64,000 bases of DNA, taken from a virus. The DNA lies in IMG/VR virus record IMGVR_UViG_3300044724_004793, positions 32,001 through 96,000 of that record; one strand, given 5' to 3'. Below the pieces are notes generated by a model, which saw only the letters and a program-made list of their open reading frames with translations, had not been told where the DNA came from and searched no databases. Positions within the stretch are counted from its first letter, which is position 1; each line of letters opens with the position of its first letter. This document shows positions 38,000 through 48,084 of this stretch, piece by piece. Position numbers and translations under genes: made by a program.

Positions 38000-38701
38000 A
38001 TGCTAATTGAAGACTTTGACATATACACTCGTAGATCCAATCAGTCACATCAGTGTGTACACTGCTATACACAAGAGCTGCTACCCTACTGGGCAAACTT
38101 TAACAGTTGGGGATTCCGCGGACCTGAATACACAGACCTTGTGGGCAAGCCAGTAAACATATGCTTGGGAGATAGTTTCACAGTTAATCAAGGAGACGAT
38201 GTACACAATAGTTGGGCCAGTCAGTTGGCAAAACACTTGGATACTCCCACAATTAATTTGGCAGTTGACGGTGCAGGCAACGATACCATACGTATAATCC
38301 ATGACCGTGCACAAGAAATATTTGATGTGCAACAGGTATTTGTGATGTACAGTTACTTTTTTAGACGATTAGACAATGGTGTGCTTACTACACACAGAGA
38401 TATTAACTTAAAAGATAACATAGAATTTTTTTTAGATAACTATATTAAACACGCACATTATACTTTTATACCAGAATGGTGTTGGCGTAAAGAAGAAATA
38501 GACTATTTACAAAAGGAACACAGCAATCACTTGCCTGATTGTTATGTGTATTGGAAACTGCCATTGACAGCAAAAATTAAACATAGAATATTTCATTTAC
38601 AGGATCGTAAAGTAGACGTGTTCAACGACGACTTACATCATATGAATAAGAAACGTAATCAACAGATTGCGGAATACTTCCTGGAGAAGTATAATGGTTA
38701 A
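38000..38701 (+). CDS. SGNH/GDSL-like hydrolase/acyltransferase
   Basis: NSWGFRG, CLGDSFT, INLAVDGAGN, DDLHH (DxxH). Confidence 0.7.
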   Translation: MLIEDFDIYTRRSNQSHQCVHCYTQELLPYWANFNSWGFRGPEYTDLVGKPVNICLGDSFTVNQGDDVHNSWASQLAKHLDTPTINLAVDGAGNDTIRIIHDRAQEIFDVQQVFVMYSYFFRRLDNGVLTTHRDINLKDNIEFFLDNYIKHAHYTFIPEWCWRKEEIDYLQKEHSNHLPDCYVYWKLPLTAKIKHRIFHLQDRKVDVFNDDLHHMNKKRNQQIAEYFLEKYNG

Positions 38702-39752
38702 GTGGAATGATCATCACGAAAATAATCAGCAGATGATCAAAAAAATTATTCAACCCCAAGTATATAAGCGACCCGATAGTATACCAGGTTGGGATAAGAT
38801 GGAACCTGACATAAAGTTGCGGATCCGTAAACATTGGCGAGATCAAAATCGTGTAAATCAGTTTGTTATTACTGGACTAGTTGATGATATTATATATTTA
38901 AGAAGTTTAGATGGCAGAAAAGAAATACTGAGTGCTTATGGATATCAGGCAATAAAAAGTTTGGGCGATGGCAAAGATGGAAAAACATTTTTTGCTCATC
39001 CGTACTTGGATCAGCATAAAACATACGTTGTTAAAACACTAAGCACTTACGCAAAAACTTATATCATATTACAACTTATGTTACAACAAATCTGTCAATT
39101 GCCTAATAAGCATAATGCATTACAGACGTTTAAACTTGACGATAACCAGATGAATCACATGTGGTATACTGCTAATGCCCCATTCAATAAAATAACTAAA
39201 AATGACAACTCATGGTATGATGCTCTATCAGAAGTATGCAGATTAAACAGTTGGCTATGCAAGAATTATGGATTACTATTCTGGGACTTTGGGTTTAACA
39301 ATGGTAAGAACTATATGTTAGACAACGATCAAAATATGATGTGGGTAGATTACGGTGGTGCTGGGGTGGTTAGAACTGAAAGATATGACACAACTATTGA
39401 ACCCAAAGGTGATCGTTGGAATACAGAAAAATTAAATCTCAAAAATACACTGGATAACAAACAGTGTTTAGTGGATGCTTATGATAATTTTTTAAAAATT
39501 GCATTTTTCCTACACCTACAATTTTGGGCAGATACGCACAACGAGGAAAAAACTAATATCAGCGTGTGGATGAGTGTTGCACAGATTAATAAGTCAGTAA
39601 CAGATGAAATATTCTATCAAAATCTTTCAAATAAATTAACCTCTGTATGGATAGTAGAGATGTATGAATTATTCAAAAATCATGACTTTACAGACTGGGT
39701 AACCTGGAAAATAATGGGAAAGTATATTAATAGTAATGTTAAAAACACTTGA
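38694..39752 (+). CDS. protein-kinase-like fold enzyme
   Basis: LGDGKDG glycine loop, YVVK, WDFGFNNGKNYM catalytic loop, VDYG. Confidence 0.65.
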   Translation: MVKWNDHHENNQQMIKKIIQPQVYKRPDSIPGWDKMEPDIKLRIRKHWRDQNRVNQFVITGLVDDIIYLRSLDGRKEILSAYGYQAIKSLGDGKDGKTFFAHPYLDQHKTYVVKTLSTYAKTYIILQLMLQQICQLPNKHNALQTFKLDDNQMNHMWYTANAPFNKITKNDNSWYDALSEVCRLNSWLCKNYGLLFWDFGFNNGKNYMLDNDQNMMWVDYGGAGVVRTERYDTTIEPKGDRWNTEKLNLKNTLDNKQCLVDAYDNFLKIAFFLHLQFWADTHNEEKTNISVWMSVAQINKSVTDEIFYQNLSNKLTSVWIVEMYELFKNHDFTDWVTWKIMGKYINSNVKNT

Positions 39753-40413
39753 ACGAGCAGATATAGACAGTATTAACTTTGGTGGTTATGATAATCCCGT
39801 TACTGAAGTACGTGGGTATCAAAATTACGACATCACTGATATTGGCATTACTAGTATGAATAATCCAGGACCATTGCGTCCATGGACAGATACTAAAATT
39901 AAATCGGAGTTTTTTCAGGAAATATTAGATATAGTTAAACCAAAAACCTATGCAGACTTTGGCAGCAATCTAGGATACTATGTATTCCATGCTGCGTTCA
40001 AAGGTATTGAAAGTGTTGGTGTTGATTATAACAGAGAATACATTAGCATATGCGAGGGTTTAAAAGCTAGGCATGGACTTACAAGAACGAGTTGGGAAAA
40101 TACCAATTTAGAATTCTGGAGTGAAACTTCCGGCCAAGTTGATTTCCTAACAGTATTTAATGTAATACATCACTTGTACAATCGCACAGAGCAGTATAAG
40201 GATATGACTAAGCTAGTTAGAGATTTTGCACGTAAGGGTCGTAGAGTACTATTTGAATTTCCTACTGAACGTGATAAAAAAGGTTACAAATGGACAATGA
40301 ATACTGATTATAGTCAGGCACTATTTGAAGATAGTTTAACAGCATGGTTTACAACATGGTCAATACTACCGGGGCAAACTGAAGAAAGACCCTACTATCT
40401 TTGCTATGCTTAA
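39736..40413 (+). CDS. class I SAM-dependent methyltransferase
   Basis: YADFGSNLGYY, GVDYN, VFNVIHHL, LFEFP. Confidence 0.8.
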   Translation: MLKTLERADIDSINFGGYDNPVTEVRGYQNYDITDIGITSMNNPGPLRPWTDTKIKSEFFQEILDIVKPKTYADFGSNLGYYVFHAAFKGIESVGVDYNREYISICEGLKARHGLTRTSWENTNLEFWSETSGQVDFLTVFNVIHHLYNRTEQYKDMTKLVRDFARKGRRVLFEFPTERDKKGYKWTMNTDYSQALFEDSLTAWFTTWSILPGQTEERPYYLCYA

Positions 40414-41215
40414 TTTATACTATAACACATATCAACCTGATAGCAAATGTAATTGGGTTATGGACAGTCTTAAAGAGGGCTGGCCAGACAGTGAATACGC
40501 AGCGTATACTCAGACATACTATGGTTACCCTGCTGCCTACTGGGGATTTATAAATAGCAATAAAAATAACATACTAAGACATATTGATAATGGTGTAGAC
40601 TGGTGGTTTTGGGACATGCCATTCTGGGGTCGCTGGAGCAGACATACTGATCGAGAACACTATTGGCATGTTGCAAAGAATAATATATATCCTACTCTAG
40701 TACATGACTGTCCAAGTGATAGATTTGATGCAAGCGGACTTAAACCAAAGCCCTATAAATCTGGTGAATATATTTTAATTTGTCCTAGTAGCGATACTAT
40801 GACACGCTGGGTAACTGGTGAAGGCGACAAAGACTGGGTAGAAGATACGGTCACCGAGATTAAAAAATATACAGACAGACCTATAAAAATAAGATACAAA
40901 CCCAGAGCTAATGGTATAAGCGGACCTGATGCAGAGATATTAACTGGTATGGGTAGTGTACATGAATTATTTGAAGATGCCCACTGCGTGGTTACAACTG
41001 TAAGTTTAGTAGCATTTGAAGCACAACTAGCAGGAGTGCCTACTTTTTGTAACCCTAAAAGTTTTGCTGTCGAAGTAAGTGAAACTAATTTAAGTAAAAT
41101 TGAAACACCCAAACAAGCAGACAGACAGCCCTGGTTTAACTGGCTAGGCTATAACCAATTTACTGAGAAAGAAATACGTTCAGGCTTTGCCTATGAAACG
41201 TTGAAAAATCAATGA
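40406..41215 (+). CDS. KpsC/KpsS-like glycosyltransferase
   Basis: GEYILICP, TDRPIKIRYKP, CVVTTVSLVAFEAQLAGVP, WLGYNQFT..EI. Confidence 0.65.
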   Translation: MLNLYYNTYQPDSKCNWVMDSLKEGWPDSEYAAYTQTYYGYPAAYWGFINSNKNNILRHIDNGVDWWFWDMPFWGRWSRHTDREHYWHVAKNNIYPTLVHDCPSDRFDASGLKPKPYKSGEYILICPSSDTMTRWVTGEGDKDWVEDTVTEIKKYTDRPIKIRYKPRANGISGPDAEILTGMGSVHELFEDAHCVVTTVSLVAFEAQLAGVPTFCNPKSFAVEVSETNLSKIETPKQADRQPWFNWLGYNQFTEKEIRSGFAYETLKNQ

Positions 41216-42138
41216 AAAAAACACTTATTTGTTATACAACTAATAGACCTAAGACAACTAATATCGTTGCAAATTTTGCCAGGGGCGTTAATAGAACAGG
41301 TGGGGACTATGCTGCTGAAGTGGTTGAAATAGATCAATTTAAATTAAAAGGTTTCCCACGACACACTTCCGCTGTTATGAGTTTGGGAATTTTGCGAGGT
41401 ACCGGATTGATGTTTCAAGCCGCAGCCAAATTAGGAATGGATAGATATTTTTTAGATCACGCATACTTTAATCCAGGATATAATGGAAAAGGATGGTTGC
41501 GACTATTAAAGAATTCACATACTATGAATTGGATTGGTGCTAGTGATGGAGAACGCTGGGAAGGTAGTTTTCGCCCTCATCAGCTAGTGACCCCTTGGCG
41601 AACAGGATCTGAACGCGGAAAACATATAATTGTGTGTCCTCCTACTGATGCGATTGGTTGGTATATGAATTGCAGGGATTGGGAAACTAAAGTAGTTGAA
41701 TACTTGAAATCAATAATACCAGAAACTGATCATAACTTGATAGTTATCCGCCGCAAACCCGGAGGCCCCATTGTAGATAACAAGGGTAATTTAATTGGAA
41801 AAGAATCAGGCCCTACCCTGCCTGCATTTGACGATGAATTAAAAACTACAAATTTCTTAGTAGTACACAATAGTATGGTTGCATTAGAAGCCACACGTAA
41901 AGGATATCCTGTTATTACGGATGTGCACAACAGTTGTTATAGCATTAGTAATGGCTGGAATGATATTCTTGCATTACACAATAAACATGCTGAATTTGAT
42001 AAAGAGCCCAGTAGACGTGAGTTATTTTACTGGTTAAGTGATAATCAGTTTACATTTAAAGAGATAAAAAGTGGCGATGCTTGGTTGAAAGTAATTAACA
42101 CGGAACCACCTGTTATAGACTATCACCAACCTTTTTAG
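41212..42138 (+). CDS. KpsC/KpsS-like glycosyltransferase
   Basis: GILRG, DHAYF, HIIVCPP, IVIRRKP, VVHNSMVALEA..KGYP, LSDNQFT..EI. Confidence 0.65.
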   Translation: MKKTLICYTTNRPKTTNIVANFARGVNRTGGDYAAEVVEIDQFKLKGFPRHTSAVMSLGILRGTGLMFQAAAKLGMDRYFLDHAYFNPGYNGKGWLRLLKNSHTMNWIGASDGERWEGSFRPHQLVTPWRTGSERGKHIIVCPPTDAIGWYMNCRDWETKVVEYLKSIIPETDHNLIVIRRKPGGPIVDNKGNLIGKESGPTLPAFDDELKTTNFLVVHNSMVALEATRKGYPVITDVHNSCYSISNGWNDILALHNKHAEFDKEPSRRELFYWLSDNQFTFKEIKSGDAWLKVINTEPPVIDYHQPF

Positions 42139-43169
42139 ATTGTAGAAGCCCACTTTTTAAATGCTTCTAAATTATTGATATACCACGGGCTGTTGTAATT
42201 ACTGCGGCCCTGCTCCTCGTCTACAAAACAAACCTTGCCTGGATAGCAATTAATAATGGAACGCATATGACTAGGATGTGTACATATGTGTCTAGGATGT
42301 GACTGTACTGGAAATCCAAACCCAGGAGTATGTATGCCACCTACATCAAGTGGCTGTCCTATACGCCATAATATATTCGTAACACCAGCACCAGCAGTAC
42401 TAATATACTTGTTCATACGACTAAACATACTAATTTTCTCGCCCAAGCTATAGTTTTCTCCAAACACCTCTGCGTATCCTAGATCCCCAAGTATCTCTAC
42501 GATTTCATTTTCGTTGGTAATGCCACGTTTAACTGTATTATCTTCGCCAATAACTTCCTTGCGGTTATTGAGGGGATTAGCATGAGCCCGTCTGCTCAAG
42601 TAGATATTATCATGTGTATTGACGTTGGGGTATTTACGTCTACTCGTCTCAACGAGTTGGCGTATTATTTCATATACACCATCAGCTGGTCGACATCTTT
42701 TGCCGGTTTCATTTTGCACCAGTGTGTCACTAAAATATACAGTTTCGTATAGATAGTTTTCGTTGGTAAACTCATATTCAATATCTAATAGATCAAGTAT
42801 TTCAGTAACGAACGGAGGGTGTACGTCTATGCCACGTGGATTTACGTTAAGCATGAACTTTAAATCAGGCTTGCTTTCTTTGAGTTGTAGATAATTGTAT
42901 ACTGGGCCTAATCCATCATTTATGCAATGATAATAATTCATTAAAGGAAACGTATACCAGTAAAAGTATTCTCCTGGAGCGTCTCTATATATGGGAACAA
43001 ATGCTGGTTTTTGGAAATTTTTTGTTATTGCTCCTGCGCCCTTTCCTAGATGTGCAGGGATGTGATTGCCCTTGTGCACGAATACTTCCATCTTAGGACT
43101 TGTGTTAAAGTTGAGTATTTGCAGTTGGTCAAACCTTGCAATACCATCTTGCATATAATCTCTAATCAT
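42135..43169 (-). CDS. GT61 / DUF563-like glycosyltransferase
   Basis: NYYH, IYLSR, R.ITNE.EI, GAGVTNILW. Confidence 0.75.
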   Translation of the reverse strand: MIRDYMQDGIARFDQLQILNFNTSPKMEVFVHKGNHIPAHLGKGAGAITKNFQKPAFVPIYRDAPGEYFYWYTFPLMNYYHCINDGLGPVYNYLQLKESKPDLKFMLNVNPRGIDVHPPFVTEILDLLDIEYEFTNENYLYETVYFSDTLVQNETGKRCRPADGVYEIIRQLVETSRRKYPNVNTHDNIYLSRRAHANPLNNRKEVIGEDNTVKRGITNENEIVEILGDLGYAEVFGENYSLGEKISMFSRMNKYISTAGAGVTNILWRIGQPLDVGGIHTPGFGFPVQSHPRHICTHPSHMRSIINCYPGKVCFVDEEQGRSNYNSPWYINNLEAFKKWASTI

Positions 43170-43852
43170 GATGTGTATAAGTTAATCAGCTCTTTTTTCC
43201 ATATGTGATCAAATTCGCAGTTACGAGTTTCTTCAAACCAAGGGCCGCCTTCTGTATAATGCAGGATCTTTGGCTCGCCATCATGTTCTATATCATACCA
43301 ACCAACTAGCCAGTTATATGCGTGTGGTAGTTCGCCAATATCATCATCGTCTAACCATTCAAAACGGTGGAGAAAACTAGGACTAGCAGTATTAACTGTC
43401 TCTAAGTCTAGTGCTTTATTTTTAGGATGTGAGCAATTCCATAAGATCATCGAACTCCAGTTTTTCCGCGGGTAAGGCAACTGAGCTTGTCCGTCCATCT
43501 TAGTACTTTCAGTGGGCTCATACTCGTGTTTGACAACCATTACTGCCTTGCTGTCGTCTTTACGTCTAAACAGATCTCTAGGATTAATTTGCCACACCAT
43601 ATCACAGTCACAAAATACCGCCCAGCCATTGTATTCATTAATATGTGGAACTAAGAAACGAGTTAGTGTAAATTCCGTGCTAGACAGTTTATCTTTATCA
43701 CGCCAATAAAGTTTTTGTTCTCTTAGACTGTCTTGTTTTAAAGGAATAACATCGCCATCATATTCCTTACTGCGTCTACGAATACTATGTTCGCAAACTT
43801 GGTAAGCAATATCTTCACGGCTATCCCAACCTACATAAATATTGTTATACAT
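43166..43852 (-). CDS. GT-A glycosyltransferase (plant CDI-like / GT8-like)
   Basis: IYVGWDSRE, STEFTLTRFLVP, FCDCDM, YPRKNWSS, LHRFEW, HYTEGGPWF. Confidence 0.85.
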   Translation of the reverse strand: MYNNIYVGWDSREDIAYQVCEHSIRRRSKEYDGDVIPLKQDSLREQKLYWRDKDKLSSTEFTLTRFLVPHINEYNGWAVFCDCDMVWQINPRDLFRRKDDSKAVMVVKHEYEPTESTKMDGQAQLPYPRKNWSSMILWNCSHPKNKALDLETVNTASPSFLHRFEWLDDDDIGELPHAYNWLVGWYDIEHDGEPKILHYTEGGPWFEETRNCEFDHIWKKELINLYTS

Positions 43853-43883
43853 AATATACCCACTTTATTATAAGAGTATTTAT

Positions 43884-44312
43884 ATGCGTTTAATATCACA
43901 CCGTGGAAATACATTTGGCATTAATCGCAAGGATGAAAATCATCCTGATTATATCCTAGCAGCACTTGAGCAAGGGTATGACTGCGAAATAGATTTATGG
44001 CTAATTGATAACAAATTTTATTTAGGCCATGATCAACCCCAGTATCTATTAGAGCAATGGAGTTTCCTAAAAGATAATAGACTCTGGTGTCACGCAAAAA
44101 ACTATGATGCGCTTCGAGCATTGTTAAATATGGGTGTACATTGTTTTTGGCATCAAGAAGATGACTACACTGTAACAAGTCAAGGATGGATTTGGGCATA
44201 CCCAAATAAGCCAGGAAGTAAAAGAACTATAGCAGTAATGCCTGAACTACACAATACTGACGTTGCAGGATTTGCAGGTGTATGTTCAGACTATGTGAGT
44301 AATTATGATTAA
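43884..44312 (+). CDS. glycerophosphodiester phosphodiesterase-like protein
   Basis: LISHRGN, EN, CEIDLW, LGHD, GVCSDY. Confidence 0.7.
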   Translation: MRLISHRGNTFGINRKDENHPDYILAALEQGYDCEIDLWLIDNKFYLGHDQPQYLLEQWSFLKDNRLWCHAKNYDALRALLNMGVHCFWHQEDDYTVTSQGWIWAYPNKPGSKRTIAVMPELHNTDVAGFAGVCSDYVSNYD

Positions 44313-45675
44313 ACTAGTTGTATTTGATTTAGATGGCGTGCTAATAGACAGCAAGCAAACGCACTATGAGGCACTTAATCGTGCACTAGGCAGTGAGTAC
44401 GCAATCTCCATTGAGGAACATTTAAGTACGTATGACGGATTGCCTACCCGCACTAAATTAAATATGCTAACACAAAGTAAAGGGCTACCCACGGATAGGC
44501 ATGCTGAAATTGCAAGAGCTAAACAGGGTGCAACTGTGGACATACTAAAAGAAACTGTACAACCACGTGCCGACTTTATTGATATGTGTCGTGAACTAAA
44601 AGATAGAGGCTATATCCTAGCATGTGCTAGCAATGCTGTTCGGGATACTGTTAAGATGAGCTTGCTACAGTTAGAACTCATAGAGTACTTTGACTTTTGG
44701 TACAGTAATGAGGACGTGACAAAACCCAAACCTCACTTTGAAATGTACTTTGAGTGCATGCTCAAAGCAGACGCAAAGCCTAGCGAAACATTAATCGTCG
44801 AGGACAGTCATATTGGTAGACAGGCTGTACTAGATGCTGGATGTCATTTACTAGCAGTAACAGATCCATATGATGTAAGCCTAGGAAAAGTTTTAGACAA
44901 AATACAAGAAATAGGTGATGCGCCTAAACATAACATACCCTGGAAGAGTAAGAAAATGAACGTACTAATACCCATGGCAGGAGCAGGAAGTCGCTTTCAA
45001 GAAGCAGGCTATACATTCCCAAAACCACTTATTGAGGTTGGCAACAAGCCAATGATACAGGTTGTTACAGAGAATCTTAATATTGACGCACAACACATTT
45101 TTATTGTACAAAAAGAGCATTATCAGCAATATAATCTAGAAACAGTGTTGCATTTAATTAGTCCAGGCTGTATAATAGTACAAGTAGATGGAGTAACAGA
45201 AGGTGCCGCTTGCACTACACTGCTAGCCAGAGAGCATATTGATAATGATGATGCACTGGTAATTGCTAACAGTGATCAGTTCGTAGAGTGGAACAGTAAT
45301 GAAGTTCTGTACGCATTTACTACAGAAGGAGTTGACGGTGGTATACTTACATTTGAAAGCACTCATCCAAAATGGAGTTACGCAAGCGTCGACGATGATG
45401 GTTGGGTTGACAGGGTTGCTGAAAAGGATCCTATCAGTACACATGCTACAGTGGGAATCTATTATTATGCTAGGGGTAGTGATTACGTTAGCAGTGCTGA
45501 TGCGATGATTGAAAAAGATATACGCACTAACAATGAATTTTATGTTTGTCCAGTGTATAATCAGTTTATTAAATCAGGTGGCAAAGTACGTATTAAGAAC
45601 ACGGAACGTATGTGGGGACTGGGTACGCCAGAGGACTTGCAAAATTTTCTGCAAAATTATCAAGGAGCATATTAA
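44305..45675 (+). CDS. HAD phosphatase + sugar-phosphate nucleotidyltransferase fusion
   Basis: FDLDGVL, KP.PH, VEDS..G (HAD); IPMAGAGSRF..GY..PKPLI, NSDQ, EK, GLGTPEDL (NTP transferase). Confidence 0.9.
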   Translation: MIKLVVFDLDGVLIDSKQTHYEALNRALGSEYAISIEEHLSTYDGLPTRTKLNMLTQSKGLPTDRHAEIARAKQGATVDILKETVQPRADFIDMCRELKDRGYILACASNAVRDTVKMSLLQLELIEYFDFWYSNEDVTKPKPHFEMYFECMLKADAKPSETLIVEDSHIGRQAVLDAGCHLLAVTDPYDVSLGKVLDKIQEIGDAPKHNIPWKSKKMNVLIPMAGAGSRFQEAGYTFPKPLIEVGNKPMIQVVTENLNIDAQHIFIVQKEHYQQYNLETVLHLISPGCIIVQVDGVTEGAACTTLLAREHIDNDDALVIANSDQFVEWNSNEVLYAFTTEGVDGGILTFESTHPKWSYASVDDDGWVDRVAEKDPISTHATVGIYYYARGSDYVSSADAMIEKDIRTNNEFYVCPVYNQFIKSGGKVRIKNTERMWGLGTPEDLQNFLQNYQGAY

Positions 45676-45677
45676 GG

Positions 45678-46442
45678 ATGGAAGCAGTACTAGTTACGGG
45701 CGGATTTGACCCCCTTCATAGTGGACACATTAGTTATTTAGAATCAGCTAGTAAGTTGGGTGATTGGTTAGTGGTAGGTATTAACAGCGATGCCTGGCTA
45801 AAACGCAAGAAAGGCAGACATTTTATGCCATTCAAAGAACGATGTGCAATTATTAAAAGTTTGCGATGCGTTGATGAAATTATTGAATTTGACGATAGTG
45901 ATGACACAGCATGTGATGCTATTGCGAAAGTTATGTATACTCATAATAGATGTATATTTGCTAATGGTGGTGACAGAACAGATGATAATATTCCAGAGCA
46001 ACGCCTAGAACAATCCAATCTTAAATTTGTATTTGGCGTTGGTGGCGATAATAAAGCAAATAGTAGCAGCTGGATTTTAGAAGATTGGAAAGCCCCTAAA
46101 ACTCAAAGAAAATGGGGGTATTACCGTGTTTTGTACGAGTATGGTAGTCATACAAAACTAAAAGAATTAGCTGTTGAGCCCGGCCAACAGCTAAGTATGC
46201 AGCGACACAAAGATCGAGCAGAGTTTTGGTTTGTTGGTGAAGGCGAAGCAACAGTTTATACCATAAATGTTGGTAGTGATCCAGAACTTCGTGGAAAATA
46301 TACCCAACACCAAAGTTTACAAATACCTAAAACTGAATGGCATATGTTAGCAAACGAAACTGACAAACCACTCAAATTAATAGAAATTCAATACGGAGAT
46401 AACTGTATTGAGAATGACATCGAAAGGAAAAAACATGTCTGA
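45678..46442 (+). CDS. TagD-like cytidylyltransferase + mannose-6-P-isomerase-type cupin fusion
   Basis: TGGFDPLHSGH, GINSD, FANGGDR, NSSS; RKWG, LSMQRH..RAE.W, IEIQYG..C.E.DIER. Confidence 0.85.
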   Translation: MEAVLVTGGFDPLHSGHISYLESASKLGDWLVVGINSDAWLKRKKGRHFMPFKERCAIIKSLRCVDEIIEFDDSDDTACDAIAKVMYTHNRCIFANGGDRTDDNIPEQRLEQSNLKFVFGVGGDNKANSSSWILEDWKAPKTQRKWGYYRVLYEYGSHTKLKELAVEPGQQLSMQRHKDRAEFWFVGEGEATVYTINVGSDPELRGKYTQHQSLQIPKTEWHMLANETDKPLKLIEIQYGDNCIENDIERKKHV

Positions 46443-46614
46443 ACATCATAACACAATCCTAGAACAAATTGAAGTATATATCAAAGAGCATACCGCTTTT
46501 GAAGAAAAGGGTGTAAAAGCAGCCGCAGCTCGCGCACGTAAGGCACTTGGTGAGATTGGTAAGTTAACTAAAGCTCGTCGTGCTGAAATTCAAGACAAAA
46601 AGAACGCCATGTAA
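46435..46614 (+). CDS. histone H1-like (Hc1-type) protein
   Basis: EKGVKAAAARARKALGEIGKLTKARRAEIQ. Confidence 0.75.
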   Translation: MSEHHNTILEQIEVYIKEHTAFEEKGVKAAAARARKALGEIGKLTKARRAEIQDKKNAM

Positions 46615-46775
46615 TGTGGGGTATCTGGTGCAAGGCAATTGGTAGTAAGGCCTATCAAGATGATAATAGAAAAGCTGATAGAGTAGCACTCATACGCACC
46701 GGGTGGGTGCTACTCCACATTATTACATGTTTTGCAATTATTCTTAATACTTGCAGATCATACGAGGTACTATAA
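46614..46775 (+). CDS. small membrane protein (53 aa, not in ORF track)
   Basis: MWGIWCKAIGSKAYQDDNRKADRVALIRTGWVLLHIITCFAIILNTCRSYEVL; TAATG overlaps at both ends. Confidence 0.7.
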   Translation: MWGIWCKAIGSKAYQDDNRKADRVALIRTGWVLLHIITCFAIILNTCRSYEVL

Positions 46776-47143
46776 TGAAACAAGGAAAAGTATGGGGTCA
46801 AACAGAATTGATCCACGCTAACGGTGTATTAGAATTTCATCGTATTGAAACCAAAGCTGGTGGTGTTTGCAGTAAGCACAAGCATGAATTTAAATGGAAT
46901 GGTTTTTTTGTTGAATCAGGTAGACTTCTTATACGTGCATGGAAGAATGATTATGAATTAACTGATGAGACGATATTAGAAGCAGGTGACTTTACACAAA
47001 TTAAACCTGGTGAGTTTCATCAATTTGAAGCACTTGAAGACAGCGTAGCATTTGAGTTATACTGGGCCGAGTTTAATCATAATGATATTCAACGTGAAAC
47101 TGTTGGTCATAGTGGAATGTCAAAACAAGCACTAATGGAATAG
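46775..47143 (+). CDS. cupin domain protein
   Basis: KVWG, CSKHKH, FFVESG, PGEFHQFEA. Confidence 0.8.
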   Translation: MKQGKVWGQTELIHANGVLEFHRIETKAGGVCSKHKHEFKWNGFFVESGRLLIRAWKNDYELTDETILEAGDFTQIKPGEFHQFEALEDSVAFELYWAEFNHNDIQRETVGHSGMSKQALME

Positions 47144-47146
47144 CTT

Positions 47147-47332
47147 ATGACATTAATTATAGAATTAGCTTTTTTAGTCGGATTTACCATGAGTATTGAT
47201 GCAACACAGATGTATGGTATTGATAGTATAAAAGACTGTAATCGTATGTTACCCATGGTTATCCTAGATTATAAAGCAGATAGCGGAACCTGCATAACTG
47301 GTGATATTACCGAAAACCCGTCAGAAGCATAA
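47147..47332 (+). CDS. small hypothetical protein
   Basis: 61 aa, hydrophobic N-terminus, two Cys. Confidence 0.55.
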   Translation: MTLIIELAFLVGFTMSIDATQMYGIDSIKDCNRMLPMVILDYKADSGTCITGDITENPSEA

Positions 47333-48084
47333 TGTTAGATGTAGCATGCGTTTGTGCGGGATCTAAATACAGTCCCGAAGTTCATGTTAATCAACTCTAC
47401 CTAGCAATAAAGCAACACTTGGGTGTTCCGTTTAGGTTTAATATAATAACAGACCAACCGGAACATCCGTATTTTGCGACCATAGACTGCAGGACCATAC
47501 AGGTACCAGATATTGAACTGGGTAGCTATAAGCTGTGGTGGTACAAGACCTACTTGTTTAGCGAACATTTTACAGATCAAGTTTTATATTTTGATCTTGA
47601 TGTGGTTATATTAAATAATCTAGATAAATTTGTTAACCACTCACCAACAAAATTCTGTATATGCCAAGATTTTAACCGCAAATGGATACCCACATATCAC
47701 GTAAGTAACAGTAGTGTAATGAGCTGGCATGCTCCTACATACTACAATATCTGGGATAATTTTTATAAAAATACTGAATCTATTATTCGTAAATTTACAG
47801 GGGATCAAGATTACATAACTGACTATTTTAAAGACAGAGATGATCGAGTTTGGTGGCCTGATTCTTGGGCAATGAGCTTCAAGTGGGAAATATTCAGAGG
47901 AGGCCTATTACACGCTGGTACTGGATTAACTAGTGATGGGAAATGGCCCGCTGGTAAGGAATTATATACTTATCCAGATCAACCCTGGATAGTTCCTGAA
48001 GAGTGTAGTGTAGTTGTGTTCCATGGTCAGCCTGATCCTTGGTGTACAGACTTTGGTAAACAGCATCTAATTCCAGATATTTAA
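47332..48084 (+). CDS. GT8-like glycosyltransferase
   Basis: G.KY, WWYK, LYFDLDVVI (DxD), NSSVM, GDQDYI, VVFHGQPDP. Confidence 0.85.
   Translation: MLDVACVCAGSKYSPEVHVNQLYLAIKQHLGVPFRFNIITDQPEHPYFATIDCRTIQVPDIELGSYKLWWYKTYLFSEHFTDQVLYFDLDVVILNNLDKFVNHSPTKFCICQDFNRKWIPTYHVSNSSVMSWHAPTYYNIWDNFYKNTESIIRKFTGDQDYITDYFKDRDDRVWWPDSWAMSFKWEIFRGGLLHAGTGLTSDGKWPAGKELYTYPDQPWIVPEECSVVVFHGQPDPWCTDFGKQHLIPDI

Noticed and set aside
37020-39740. GGGAAAGTA/GGAGAAGTA shared at three gene ends
   Set aside because: Explicable as Shine-Dalgarno sequences for coupled downstream genes
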